Part shown: piece after piece, positions 1 to 15,000 of the stretch
Layout of the letters: the number at the start of each line of letters is the position of its first letter
How positions within the stretch are numbered: the first letter of the stretch is position 1
Assembly (NCBI GenBank): GCA_905178155.1
Contig: CAJINV010000015.1
Location: 205,074-269,073 of the forward strand
Source: Amoebophrya sp. A120
Lineage: Eukaryota; Protista; Dinoflagellata
Direction: 5' to 3'
Length of the DNA stretch: 64,000 nucleotides
Translations under genes and position numbers: made by a program
Notes under the pieces: generated by a model
Databases searched by the model: none
Told to the model about the DNA's origin: nothing
Seen by the model: only the letters and a program-made list of their open reading frames with translations

Positions 1-3000
1 GTCCACCATAGCTTCGAATTGCCGCGTGGCGGACTGAATTTGCCCGTGAATCTATCCTGTGTAAAAACGTCCCCGCCCCAGAGTCAAAATGGCAAACCTG
101 CTACACAAATCCACCATTTTTGGCTGTTGCGCATGACAAGTCTGTTTTCGTAGTGTAATCCTGTTTAGCTACTTCAGCAGCATCACAGATCTAGCATATC
201 ATTCTGATTGGAGCATGACAAATTCCGCAACACCACTAGAAATAAATGCTTCCCATGGGGATCCGCATGAGAAACATTTTCAGCATGCAGACTAGCATGA
301 GAACTATGGGGTGGGGACGTTTTCACATAGGATAGAATTTCGGTGCCGAGCCTTACCAACGACCCCCCGACCGCCACCGCGGACAGAAATTGCGTCGCCG
401 TCGGACTGGCTCGCCGTTCTGTGGCACGGTGGTGGTCTGTTATCGTACGAAAAAAGTGTTTCACTGAAAGGATTTTGCAGGTTTTGCATGACAAGTTCGC
501 TCTACATGACAGAGAAAATGTGCCATGCAAGCTTCCTAAGAGGAGACCCAGCTAAAAATACACTTTCTTGCATGTGTAGCAAGACAAATACTTCTTCTGT
601 GTTCCATTTCATGCATCACAACTTTACAGTGAAACAGTTTTTTCTTGCGATATTTGTGGAAGACATGTCGTAGTAGGCGTTGTGTCCAACCATCCCCGCT
701 GTGGAGGTGAGAACGAAGCCGGCGGCAACCCAGTCTTGCATGGTCTGCAGGTTGTTTCGGCCCACCATGGTGCCCGCGACGGACCCGCCAAGCCCGGCGG
801 CGGCCGAGGCGCCGCCCATCACGGCAAAGATGCTCTTCTGCAGAAAGGCGGTCACCCGCTCAATCTTGTTCCCGAAAACGGCCAGGAGCTTCACAAAAAA
901 AGCATCCATCTTCGACGCAGCGAAGGCTTGCTGCCCCCGGGAAGTTGCAATTGTGCCTCGATTCAATGTAGATTGGTCACTATGGTCCTGGCCGCCCGAG
1001 CCGCGGGCGGCCTGGAGCCATATCCCACAGAAAAAAGCTGGCAGGGCATATTTGTAATGCAAAAACAAATACACACAAAAATTTGTCATGGGTGGCCCCA
1101 TAGCATGCTGCTTCCGACATGCAATACAGGTTTTTTTGTGTATTTATTTTTGCATTACAGATGTGCCCTGCCAGCTTTTTTCTGTGTGATAAGCCAATAC
1201 TCCTGCCCAAAGATTTTGCAAAACGAGGCGTCAAACGCCTTGCTGTATCAAATGTAAAAATGTCTGGGTCTGGAAGAATGCAACTTGTCATGCTACTTTT
1301 GGAATCTACATAGAATCTGTATTGCATGAACAGCAAAAGAAGTGCAGTTTGTGCCTCGCGGAGAGGAGGGTATTTCTCACACGGTATGAGCATCAGAAAG
1401 CGCTCGCAAAATCTCTGATGCTCGGGCATGCATCACAGACCTCATGGGCCATGCAAAATCTGCATGACAAACTCCAGCATTCTTCCAGACCCGGACATTT
1501 TTGCAATCCATATGCTGAGCTGCGACTCGATTTTCAGCACCGTCGGCATGATGGCCGCAGCTAGCCGTCTATCCTCAGCAAATACGTCCCCACCCCAGCG
1601 TTGTCATGCAGTTGCGCAATGACAGGATCGTTGGGAATGCGCATCTCCATGAGAGGCATTTCCAATCGTGGTGTGCCATATGTAATACTGTAAACAGGAT
1701 GAGAAATAAATGGCTTCCTCATGCGGCTTTGCTTGCTAACCAGCACTACACTGCAGATTGAAACTTGTCATGCAGAACTCAGAAAACTTGGAGATTTGTG
1801 TTGCAGATTTGCCATCTTGACGTATGGGTTGGGGACGCTTCGACACAGCATACCGTCGCTGAATCACGTCGGAGGCGACGTCGAAGGCCATGGTCTGGAA
1901 TTGCGCGCTGGCCACGGTTATCAAATGCAAATATGTCTGGGTCTGGAAGAATGGGAGTTTGTCATGCTTGTCTGGCATGACTCGAGAATCTGTGTTGCAT
2001 AGGCACGAAAAGGCCCTCTTGCCTGTCATGCAAAAACGCAGTTTGCCATGCGGAATACGTAAGACATGGCAGCCAAAAATTTTGTTATGCATAGCTGCGT
2101 ATTGCAGTACGTCTATCATTCACTTTTAGCATTCCAAGTTTCCAGACCCAGACATTTTTGCAATCCATAACGGTGTGCTGCGCCACCACGGACCCAATTG
2201 CCACCGCGCTCGAAGTGGCCGCGTAGGTGCGCGGGGCGTTGGTTGCCAGGTGGCTGGCAATCTTGTTTGCAAACCTTCCTTATCAACTGTAAAAATGTCT
2301 GGGTCTGGAAGAGTGAATGTTTGTCATGCTTCTCTGGCATGACTCTTAAATCTGTCATGCACGTTGCCCAAGAGCCGCGCTTTTCTGTCATGCGGAGACG
2401 CTGTTTGTCATGCAGAATAGGCAACATCTACAAGCTCAGAAATTTGTCATGCTGAGCCAGCACTCGTGGCCTCCTCATGCTACGCCACTCAGCATCACAA
2501 GTTTCCAGACCCAGACATTTTTGCATTTGATATTCCTACGTGATGTTTCAGCGAGTTCATCAGGTTTATCCTGAGGAAAAACGTACCCACACCAGAGTTG
2601 TAATGCAGATTTGCAAAGACAGGAAGACTTGCAATGCGCATCCGCATGAGAGCCATTTCCAATCGTGTTTTGGAATTTGTGATGCTGTGAACAGGATGAG
2701 CAGATGAATCTGTGATGCGGCTGCACTTGCTAACCTGCACTACGCTGCATAGCGCAACTTGTCATGCGTGACTCACAAAACTCCTAGGTTTGTGTTGCAA
2801 AATCCTCATCCTGACTCTGGTGTGGGTACGTTTTTACTCAGGATAAGGTTTCCGAGCAGATCACCGGACTTGTGGATGGTACCCGCTACCTATGACAGTG
2901 CACAACTCCCCCTCCTCCTCATTTGTATCGCATGAACGGCAATACAAACGAACCTAAGGGTACTAAGCAAGAATGCCGGTTTTGCATGACAAATTTGCAC

Positions 3001-6000
3001 TGGAGTGTAGTGCTAGTTGGGCAACCAGAACTTGTCATGCAAACAGTGCTAAGAGCCAATGGGTGGATTGGGTATTTTGCATGACAAATGAGAAGGGGGG
3101 GGAGTTGTGCACTGTCATACTACCATCGCGTCATCCGCCCCTTCCTGCACGTATCAAATGTAAAAGTGTCTGGGTCTGGAAGATTGCCAGGTTTGTCATG
3201 CACAATTTGCATGACTCCTGATGGCTGTGATGCATGCCCTAACATCACAGACTTTGTGAGGGCTTCCTGATGCCTATACCGCATGACAAATGCTCTTTCC
3301 GTGTAGCAAAACTTGGACTCTCTTTGCTGCTCATGCAATACAGATTTTTTCAGAATCCAAAATCAGCATGACAAGTTGGATTCTTCCAGACCCAGACACT
3401 TTTACAGTTGATAGCACGATTTCCGTTACCGCCACGGTGGCGCCTTCGGGGGCGAGGCTCATCACGGTCGGAAAATAGTCCTTCAGTTTTATCGTAAGGA
3501 AAAATCCCCCCGCCCCATATCAAAACGAAACTTCTGATGCTGGATTTGTGTACACAAATCAGATCGGTCTTTCTGGATAGCACTGCAGGCCGATACTAAG
3601 GGTAAGTAGAGAGGTTTTGGCCTAGGCACTTAGCACGATAAACGGCCGCGCTGTAGTAGGCCCAACAGCATGACAAACCGCCTGCACAATGCGGCGGAGA
3701 CTGCGGGGCTGCCTTCTTGCAAGACAGACACGATTTGTGACCACAAATCACCTTCGCAAATTTCCAAAAATATACCTTTGTAGTATAGGATTAGGAAGGG
3801 GGGATTTTTCCTTTTGATAAGTTTATCAGTCACCATGGTGGTGTACGGGCTCACGTAGGTGGTGTACGTGTCCGAAGCTTTCTGCTTGGCCTGCTCGATA
3901 TCAAATGCAAATATGTCCGGGTCTGGAAAGTTGGAACTTGTAATGCTGGTCTTGCATTCCTGTGAAATTTGTGTTGCATGACCAACAAAAGTGGCAGCCT
4001 CGCACGTGGTTGTACAAAAACGCAATTTATTCTCATGCGGAGTTCGTATGATAAAGCAGTGTGCAGCCTTGTCATGCTTTCCTGCATGAGGAACTGTTTT
4101 CATCATGCACATTTTAGCATCACAAATTTCCAGACCCAGACATATTTGCATTTGATACTCGAGACCCGCCACCGCCGTAGTCTTTACCTGGTTCATGGCT
4201 GCGTAGGGGTCGTTATCCCACGCAAAAACGTCCCCGCCCCGTAGTTGTGATGCAATTCTGCATGCCAAAAAAGTCTCTCATGCGGAGCCCATTGAGAAGC
4301 ATTTTCTATTTGTGTTTTGGAGTTATTTGCTATGCTAGAATCAGCATGCTTCTATGCTAGGTCTGTGATGCTTCTGAACTAGCTAAACAGGATTACACTA
4401 CGAGGACAAACTTGTCATGCCAAACACCCAAAGCTGGTTGATCTGTCTAGCAGATTCCCCATCTTGACTCTGTTGTGGGGACGTTTTTAATCAGGATAGT
4501 CGTCCCAGGCGTCGCGAATAGTCTGGCCCCATGTCTTGGTGGTCGCCGGAGTGGTGTATCCTGTGCAAAAGTATCGTACTCGTATAAACGCAGGTCTTGC
4601 ATTACAAATATTATTCGTAAGGTAAATCAGCATGACAAATTTTATTTCTCATGCTGAGAAAATTTGTCATGTATTTATTTTTATACGAGTAGGAGTACGA
4701 TACTTTTGCAATGCATATGGTGGTCTTGTCGCCCATTCCCGCGGAAGACTCCAGCGAGTGCTCTATCGAAAGGAAAAATCCGCCCTCCCCATATCGAAAA
4801 GATATGTCTCCGACGATTTGCGTTGCTGATTTGAGGCCACAAATCGCGTCTGTCTTGCAAGAAGACAAGGGCAAAAGCTTCGCCCCCATTATGGAGGCGA
4901 TTTGTCATGCTGCTGGGCCTAAAGGGGAGCCGTTTGCCATGCTGAACAACTAGACCGATACGCCCCTACCTAGCCTGGGGATGTGGCCGCAGTGCCATCC
5001 TGCAATACAAACCTGATTTGTGTACACAAATCCCGCATCACAGATTTCCATTTCGATATAGGGAGGGGGGATTTTTCCTTTCGATATGCTCAAACCCGCG
5101 TATCCCCGTCTGCCAAATGTTCTGAAACAGGCCGCGATGCGCTACGTTTTGGCGCCAGGTGGTCCATTCCTCCTTGAGGTGGCCGAATTTCATGTATGAC
5201 AGTGAACAACTCCACCGCCTCGCCCTCATTTGTCATGCAAAATCCCAAATCTAACTATCTTCTGCCTGTTAGAAGCACCTTGTGCATGACAACTTCCGAA
5301 GTAGGCCAAAACAGCACTACAATCCTCTCAGGAATTTGTCATGCAAAAGCGGCATGTTTTTGTTTGCCAGCGCTTGCGTTGCTGTTCACGCAACGCGAAT
5401 GAGGGGGAGGGGGAGTTGTGCACTCTCATATCATGGTCGTTGGGTCGCGGTGGTACCGCATGGCGTTCATCTGCAGCATTGACACGCCTTTCTTCAGCCC
5501 GTAAACGTGCCACCCCTGGAAGGTGTGCGAGGTCCACATGCGGTAGAGCACCATGCTGTCTGACATCGCCTCAGCCACGAACCGCGCGCTCAGCAACTTG
5601 GGACAGATCGCGACGGCCGCAAAGGTGTCCAGCGCGACGATACCCGCGACCAGCGCGAAGTTCACGATCGGGAAGATGGGTTTTTCGCCGATTTTCAGCA
5701 AAAATTCAATGCCCCGCCGCTCAAATTCAGAGAGGACAAAATTGTACTGCTCGAGCTGGTATCAACTGCAAACACGTAGTCTGGGTCTGGAAAGTTGTGA
5801 TGCATGTCAGTGAATAGAAAACACACTGTAATTATGCACCGCCAAGCATGACATATTACATGGCTGTAAAGCACGACACCGTAATGGCTCCGCGTTGCGT
5901 ATTCCGCATGACAAGCAGATTTTTTGCATGACAGACAAGAGCAGCTGTTGCTACCCACGCAATACAGAGCTCCGTGTCATGCCAGACTACCTAGCATGAC

Positions 6001-9000
6001 AAATCTGGCACTCTTGAAGACCCAGACATATTTGCATTTGATAGTTGGTTCTGGTGGTGTTCCTGGAGCAATTGGCCCGAGGAGTTTATTTTTCCACTCG
6101 TAGATTTCCGTCGGTTTTGCAGCCGCTGCTGCTTTTGCCGCTTCGCATCCTGGTCGAAGCTCATTTTTCCCTCGCTCTCCAAACGCGCGGCCTCCGCACG
6201 GGCGGAGTTGTGGCTCGAGGTCTCTGCTTGCCCGGCCCCAGCGAAATTCAGCTGTGTGGCCTTGGAGTTGAGCTGCCAACGCTGCCGCAACGTGGTCAGG
6301 CCGTCCGGCTGCAGCTGCAGTGGCTCCTCGCGCAGCGCGCCCTGGTACGTGGTATGCATTGCAAATATGTTTGGGTCTGGAAATTTGTGATGCTGGGTGG
6401 CGTATCGTGAGGAGGCCGCAAGTGCTGGCTCAGCATGACAAGTTTATTCCGAGCTTCTAGGTGTTGCCTATTCTGCATGACAAACTGCGTTTCTGCATGA
6501 CAGAAAAGTGGGGCTCTTGTTGGGTAACGTGCATGACAGATTTAAGAGTCATGTCAGACAAGCATGACAAGCATGCACTCTTCCAGACCCAGACATATTT
6601 GCACCCTGGTACGTGGCGACCTTGTACAAGGACCGACTCTATCCTGTGCAAAAGTATCGTACTCGTACTAATTGCAAATATGCATGACAAATTTTTTTCC
6701 TAAGGCAAAGCAGCATTACAAACTCCGCTTTCCTTCTTGCCAAAATTTGTAATGCAATTCATACTAGTACGATACTTTTGCAATGCATAGACTCCAGCTC
6801 CCGTCGTCGTCCCCGAAGAGCATGAGCATCTTGCGCATGCTGTCTTCGGTCAGGTCGGTGAACAGAATGGTCATACTGTCCGCGCCCTTATCCGCCTGGT
6901 AGCGGAGGTACTTGATAAACTCCTGCGCACTGTTGCGCATCTTGTACAGGTACTCGTTCCATTTGCTATGAATGTTGTGCAGTTCCTCCTCCAGGTAAAC
7001 CGCTCGCACGGACTTTTTCTCCACTTCGCCACCACCTTCGTTTGTGACCCGCAGGCCTCCCTTCTGTTGCACTTCCTCCATACCCGTGCGGAGTTGGGTG
7101 AGATGAAAATGAATGTGCAGGAGGGGCGTCTCCAGGTCGTTTTTCAACTTCTCCAGCGCTCTGTCATCTTCTTCTTCATCCCTTTTCGTCTCGATCATCA
7201 GCGCCTGTGCGATGAGTTGGTGATCGTCATTGTACTGCGCAATCGATTTATCCGCAATGCTGTACTTGGAGTGCCCAAACATATCGTGGTCGGGCAGCAG
7301 CTTGTCATTGTGCATCAAAACCATAGTCGTAATTTTTTCGGCGTCGTTCAGGTGTCCTCGCTGCTGCGCACTTGCCATCGCGGCTTCCTCGTTTTGGTTT
7401 GCGGAGTTCCTACCGTCCTCGTTTTCATCCAAATCAGAGTCGTTCGCAGCGTCGGAGTCCTCATCTTCCGGAGACCCTGCAACAGCCCGGCCTGTACCTC
7501 GGCGGCCAAATGGAGTGCCTGTCGTCGTGCCAGCATATTGGTGTGCCAGTCCGCCGGAGGCATAATCCACCTCCATCGCATCAGGGTTCAGTTGCTGACC
7601 ACTTCCAGCTGCTCCATATGCAACCGCCAAACCCTGGCTTCGCTCTCTCTGCCGTCGATTGCAGGCTTGACGGAAGGAATCCGCGGCCCGCTCGCCCAGC
7701 GTCTCCGCGTGATTGATGCACGTGCGCGCGACATTTTCGAAACCCACACTCTGGCTGGTGTAGGTGCAGCGCAAATTCGCGTTGCGGCGGGAGGCGAGGG
7801 TTCGGCGACACAATTCTTCGTCATCACTGCTGGCGCATGAACTCTCAACTGCGAGTTCGCTGGCTGGGCCGGAGGCCGTGCTGCCGTCGGAATCTTCATC
7901 ACAATCGCTACCCTGAACAGGTGGGTTGTTCTTATCCGATTCTTTCTGTTGCAAACCCCCCCGCGGGCTCGTCGATCCAGCTTTTGCAGGCGTAGTTGCA
8001 CCCGCCTCACCCGGTTGCAGGTCCATCCCAAAGCTTGGCGGCTTCGTCCCCACCTCGTGAGCGCTATTCGCCGGTGTCTGGGCTTCCTTTGTGTCCGTGA
8101 ACTCGCCCGCTTTTGGTGTGTTGGCTTTTCTTTGCTTTGCTTCCTCGTCCGCGGCTTTCTGCTGGGCTTCCTTTTCCTGCGCTTCCTTTCGGGCCTCCTC
8201 TTCCTTTTTCGCTATTTCATACTCGTGGGTCTGCTTGCTTTTATTCGCAGTTGCAAAGTTTTTGTACTTCTCCATCCGTTTTTGTCGGAGTTCGTGTATT
8301 TTCTTAATGGTCTCGTCGTAGGACTTGAGGTGTATCAAATGTAAAAATGTCTGGGCCTGGAAGATTGCCAGGCTTGTCATGCACGTTTTGCATGACTCCT
8401 GATGTCTGTGATGCATGCCCTAGCATCACAGATTTTGTGAGGGCTTCCTGCTGATGCCTATACTGCATGACAAATGCTCTTTCCGTGTAGCAAAACTTGG
8501 ACTCTCTTTGCCGCTCATGCAATACAGATTTTTCTAGAATCCAAAATCAGCATGACAAGTTGGATTCTTCCAGACCCAGACACTTTTACGGTTGATAAGG
8601 TGCTTTGCGAGCTCGGTCCAGTCGCTGCTGAACCGCTGCTTCTGGCCCGCCTTAGGATTTTCTGCACTCGGGGGAGGATCGTAATGCGTGACCACGAGTT
8701 TCTGTACCTCTGCGTCCTGCTTATACCACGGAAACTTCTTGGTAATGACCAGGTCTGCCAATTTGCTGATGTTGGGCTCGTATGAACTGCCAAAGTATAA
8801 TCGCACTCGTAGTAATTGCAGTCATGCATTAAATTTCTCTTAAGGTAAATCCGCATTACAAAATTTCTTTCTCATGCTAAGCAAACTAGTGATGCAATTA
8901 TTATATGCGAGTGCGATACTTTTGGTTTTGCAATGCATAGCTCGATCACGTCGTTGAACGTTTTCATCGAGTCGAGTCCGTTGATATCAAATGTAAAAAT

Positions 9001-12000
9001 GTCTGGGTCTGGAAGAATGCAACTTGTCATGCTAAATCTGAAGCATGCAAAAATCTGTGTTGCAGGATTACCAAAAGCCGTCCAGTTTTGACCAAGTCGG
9101 GAGGGAGTTTCTCATGCAGGACAGGCACGAGAGAGATCGCACAGAATCTGTCATGCTAGGTCCTGCATTCCAGACCTCACGGGTCATGGAAAAGCTAGAT
9201 GACAAATCGCTCACTCTTCCAGACCCAGACATATTTGCATTTGATAGTTGATTTTCTGTGCTGGAAGTCCTCGGCCCAGGGGATCATCTGGATGGCGGGT
9301 GTTCGCGGGGAAAATTTCAGCGTCCCCATGCTTCAACCACGGCAAATTTTCTACTTCGGGAGCGACCTTGTCGCGAAAGTAGTGGTATGGATTGCAAAAG
9401 TGTCCGGGTCTGGAAGATTCTAAACTTGTAATGCTGTCTCTGGATTCTAAAAAAATGTGCATTGCATGACCAGCAAGAGCGTTCCAGTTTGTGCTATGCG
9501 GAGAGGGCATTTCTCATGCGGTAGAGGCATTGCAATTTGCGATTCGCAAAGTCCTCTAAAAATATGTGATGCTAGGGCATGCATCACGGACATCATAGGT
9601 CATGCAAAATATGCATGACAAACCTGGCAATCTTCCAGACCCAGACATTTTTGCAGTTGATAAGTGCGCGGCCGACAAAATCTCCTCGTACTCGGGTGGC
9701 TGCATGTCATCCCGTATCAACTGTAAAAGTGTCTGGGTCTGGAAAGTTGGAACTTGTGATGCTAACTTTGGACTCTAAAAAAATGTGTATTGCATGACCA
9801 GCAAGAGGAGCCACATTTGTGCTACGCGAGGAGGTCATTTGTCATGCGGAAATGGCATCAGGAAGCTTTCCAAAAATCTGTGATGCTGGGTCATGCGTTA
9901 CAAGCATCATGGGTCATGCCAGACAAGCATGACAAGCCTTCCATTCTTCCAGACCCAGACATTTTTACATTTGATATCCCGCTTTGCCTTCCTGCGTTGC
10001 TGCTCCAGCTCCCATTGCGTGGCAGCAGCGGCCTGTTTGGAAAAGCTTGGCCGCGGCGATTGTGCTGGAGCTGCTCGGGACTGCGTCGGTGTTGCAGCGT
10101 CGTCCAGATCAGCCTGGACTGCTTGTGGCAGAAGTTGGAGTTGTATCAAATGCAAAAATGTCTGGGTCTGTAAGATTTCCAGGTTTGTCATGCATATTTC
10201 GCATGAGCTATGATGCCTGTAATGCATGACCTAGCATGACAGATTTTTTGCGGGTATCTTGATGCCTATCCCGCATGACAAATGCCCTCTCCGCGGACCA
10301 AAAACTGGACGCCTCTTGCTGCTCATGCAATACAGATTTTTTTAGATTTGAAAAATAGCGTCACAAGTTGCATTCTTCCAGACCCAGACATTTTTGCAAT
10401 CCATAAGTTGGAGTTGCTGCTGCCCGTCGGCCGGCGGCATGTCGACGTCCCCACTTTGCTATGCATTGCAAAAGCCTCGTACTAGTATAAATTGCAATAC
10501 AAGTTTCCTTAGCATGAGCAATGGAATTTGTCATGCGGATTTGCCTTATAAAAAGATTTGTAATGCAAGACTTGCATCTATACGAGTACGAATACGATGC
10601 TTTTGCACGGCATATTTGCCCCGGCATGGTCCTCTGCTTCTCCAGCTCCGCTGCTTTCTGCAGCTTCTCCAGCTCCGCAGCTTTCTTCATTTTCTCCGCC
10701 GCTCTTTGCTGCAGCTTCTCGAGCTGGGCCTTCAGCCGCTTGGTGCCGTCAATGGCGAGCGGTACCGCGACCGCCTTGGTCAGCGTGAAGGCATTATCGA
10801 AAGGAAAAACTCCCCCTCCCCATATTGAAAATGTATGTTTCCGAAAATTTGTGTTGCTGATTTGAGGTCACAAATCGCCTTTGTGTTGCAAGAAGACCAG
10901 GGCAGAAGCTGCCGCCCCATTATGGAAGCCGTTTGTCATGCTGTTTGGCCTAAAGGGGAGCTGTTTGCCATGCTGAACAACTAGACCCAGACGCCTCTGC
11001 CTAGGCTGGGTATCTGGCCGCAATGCCTTCTTGCAATACAAAGCGCAGTTGTGTACACAAATCCAACATCAGAAATTCTGTTTTGATATGGGGAGGGAAG
11101 ATTTTTCATTTTGATAGGCATTGGCGGTTTTGGACTGCGAGTACACCGCGTCGTTCAGATTTACCTTGTATCAAATGTAAAAATGTCTGGGTCTGGAAGA
11201 TTCTGAGACTTGTCATGCATGTTTTGCATGACCCAGGATGTCTGTAATGCACGACGTAGCATCACAGATTTTTAGAGGGCTTCCTGATGGCTGCTCCGCA
11301 TGACAAACGCTCTCCCCGCCGCGTAGCACAAACTAGACTCCTCTTGCTGGTCATGCAATACAGATTTTTTTACAGACCAGAGTTAGCATCACAAGTTCCA
11401 ATTCTTCCAGACCCAGACATTTCTACATTTGATATCTTGCTGTTGTCATACACCGTCTGGTACGTGCGCCACTGCAGCTGCGTCTCCTGCAACAGAGATT
11501 CCTGCAATTGTGACATCTTCGACGTACCAAAGTCGAATTCCGGAGAGGAATATGAAATGCAAATATCATGTCCTTTGGGCCAGGAAACGGAAATTTGTTT
11601 TCGTTTCCTAAACATGTCCTAAATCCTAAACCCCAAACTGTCAGTTTGGGGTTTAGGATTTAGCAAGAACAACTTTAGAAAGAGCAACTCTACGGATCTA
11701 CCAAGTACTGACTGCAGTAGCAAGGCAGCACGCGTGACAATGTTTCGGGGTACTGCCCTGTGATTGTTGCATATTCCGCATAAAGAAGTAGTCGCACCAT
11801 TATTTTTGCAATACACACTACCAGCGATGACCCCGCTTGTTCGCCACATGCATCTCACAAACTCGACGGCCCTGACGTCATATGCAACAACTTTTGCAAA
11901 AATCAAAATGTTCCACACCCGGACATTATATTCCCCCCACTGGATAAGGAAACCCCAGAAACCTTTGATTTCGCCGCGACCAGTTCCGTCAGTCCCTCTT

Positions 12001-15000
12001 CCAGGAACGCGAGGGAAAACGTGGAGGGCGCGAAGGACCCGGTGAGATCAGGATTCAGGGAAGAGACACTCGACGTGACTGCATTCGTGCCTGTCACCAT
12101 CGTGCCCGAAGTGCTCGTTGGGAACCAGTGCTGGTGGTCCGACCACATGGTCATGGCCGCTTCCACCTCGTATTTCTTCTGCTTCATCTTCTTTTCCGTT
12201 TGCTGCAGTAATTGCGTTTGCTTCAGCTGCATCAGGAACGTAACCGCCTGCAACCGCTCGATTTTCTCTTCCAACAAAAAGTCGTCCGTGTAGTGCTTGA
12301 CACTCTGTATTGTGAGGAAAAATCCCCCCTCCCCATATTGAAAACGCATTCGTCTGAAAATTTGTGACGCAGATTTGAGGCCACAAATCCTGTCTGTCTT
12401 GCGGGAAGGCAAAGCCAGAGAGTCCGCCGCATTATGCCGGCGGTTTGTGATGCTGTTGGGCTTACAGAGCCGACATCTGCCATGCTAGTCCCCTACGTCA
12501 AAACCTCTCGACACAGGCTTGGCATATGCCTGCAGTCCTCTCCAGCACGACAGACCTGATTCGTGTACGCAAATCCAGCATCAGAAACTTCGTTTCGATA
12601 TGGGGAGGGGGGGATTTTTCATTTTGACACTCTGCACCACTTCCTCGTGGGTCGGCAGTGGATTCTCCTCGGGTAGTTGTTCACCAGAGAGGGCGTTTTC
12701 CAGGTCTTTCTTCAACTTGTCAAGCTTTGCAGATTTTTCCTCTTCTTCCGCAGTAGGCGATACTGCAGCAGCTTGTTCCGGCACAGCGGTGGCGCCTTCG
12801 CTGCCTGCAGCGGTGGGGGAAGGGCGTTGAAATAAACTTCCAAATAATGAGAAGCCACCCGGTTGCTCCTGCTGCTGTTCCTTCGCCGGTGCAGTTAGTT
12901 CTGCAATCTGCTCCCTCAATTCCTTGATCCTCTTCTCCCGCTCCTCCCGCTTGACGCTCGGCTTGTCGAGCAGGACTGCGCCCTCCTTTTTCATCACTTC
13001 TTCTGCATCAGCTAAGTTCAGCGCAATGCGCAGTTCGTTCACCGCCCAATCCGGGAAATTGACGTAGTCTAAGACGCCAACGTACTCCAAAAACCGCTGT
13101 TTCCGCTTCTCTCGGAACTCCATCTCGCTACTCGTTTTACGGAACGTGGTCGGAATTGATGCAGGAGTTTTCCTTTGAGGTGCGCCGCTCGTTCGATCCG
13201 CACCGCCAGTTTGATGCAGCTCTCCTCGGTGGCTTTCTACGTGGTCCACAGTGTTGAAGTTCGTGTAGTCCAGGTCAAAGATCTCCTGCATGCCAATGTG
13301 CTCCGTGTCGTAGACCGCCTGCTTATCCGAGCCGAGAAAAGTTGTATGAAATGCAAAAATGTCTGGGTCTGGAAACTTGTGATGCTAAAATGTGCATGAT
13401 GAAAATACTTCCGAATGCAGTCCGGCATGACAACTTCCCACAATTCTTTCTCGTAGGCAATCCGCATGAGAAACTGCGTTTTTGCATGACAAAAGAGGCT
13501 GCGACTTTTGTTGGTAAATATGCAAAACAGATTTTCTAGGTATGGAAAGCTAGCATTACAAGTTCCAACCTTCCAGACCCAGACATTTTTACAATCCATA
13601 AGTTGCAACGTCCAGCAGCATCTGATGGAAGTTTTCGTACTTGTCAAACCTGGTTAATTCCTGCCGCAAATCCGATTCCGTGATGAAGTGCAGGTGCACC
13701 GTGATGTGGTTTTTGTTGTGTTTGGAATTGGATTCAGCACTCCTCTCCTTCATCTCCCGACTGGTGTGCGTGACCCAGAAGTACAAGTCCCCCGCGATAT
13801 CGTGACTGCTCCCCGTCTTCACCGACTTGGCCGTCACCACTCGACCCAGAATCTCGACTGTCCGCTTCTGGATGAAGCTTTGTTGCGGCTGTTCGGTTGA
13901 ATCATCGACATTGGAGCCTATGCCATGATTGATGTCCCCCGGCGCATATCAAATGCAAATATGTCTGGGGCTGGAAGAATGCAACTTGTGATGCTGCATT
14001 TGGATTCCAAAAAAATTTGTATTGCATGAGTACCAAAGGAAAGACAATTTTTGCTACGCTGAGAAGGCATTTGTCATGCGGAATACGCATCAAGAAGCCC
14101 TCAAAAAATCTGTATTGCTAGGGGATGCATCACAGACATCATGGCTCATGCAAAACGTGCATGACAAGTGTCAGAATCTTCCAGACCCAGACGTTTTTAC
14201 AGTTGATAGCGCACTATCGACGATCCAATCGCCACTCTGAATGTACCGGCTGAGTGCGCTTTCCGGGTTCAGTTTTTGGTTCACCGGGAACTTCTATGCA
14301 TTGCAAATATGTCTGGGTCTGGAAACCTGTGATGCTGAACTGTTCATGATGAAAACGCTGCCGAATGCAGCCAAGCATGACAAAATTGCAGAACGGTTTC
14401 TCATACGCTGTCTGCATGAGAAACTGCGTTTTTGGACGACAGAAGACGGCACGGCTTGTACTATCGCTGGCCATGCAATACAGATTTTTCAGGAATGTAA
14501 GACCAGCATTACAAGTTCCCACTTTCCAGAAAGACATATTTGCATTTGATAACTCCAGTCGGAAGTCCGGGTCGTACGGGAAAGCAGCCCGACTCGCTGA
14601 TCGGATGTCTTCCGGAACGAGCTTGTAGTGTTCCGCCACGGATCGGCTGTTTTGCCGGTGCGTGGTGAGAAAATCGTTGGCTTCTAGAGTTTATGGATTG
14701 CAAAAATGTCTGGGTCTGGAAGAGTGGAACTTGTATTGCATGTCTTGCATTCCTGAAAAATCTGTAATGCACAGCCAGCGAGAAAGGCGCTACTTTTTCG
14801 TCCTGCAAAAACGCAGTTTGTCATGCGTGCTACGCATCAGACGGCGTCAAGTATGCTTGTCATGCTTGGCTGCACTTGAGAGCGGCAGTCTTATCCAAAC
14901 TTCAGCATCACAAATTTCCAGACCCAGACATATTTGCTTCCCATAGAGTTGGAGATAGTGTGTGTTTCCAGGTGTATTCGAACATTTCTTTCTTCATTTG

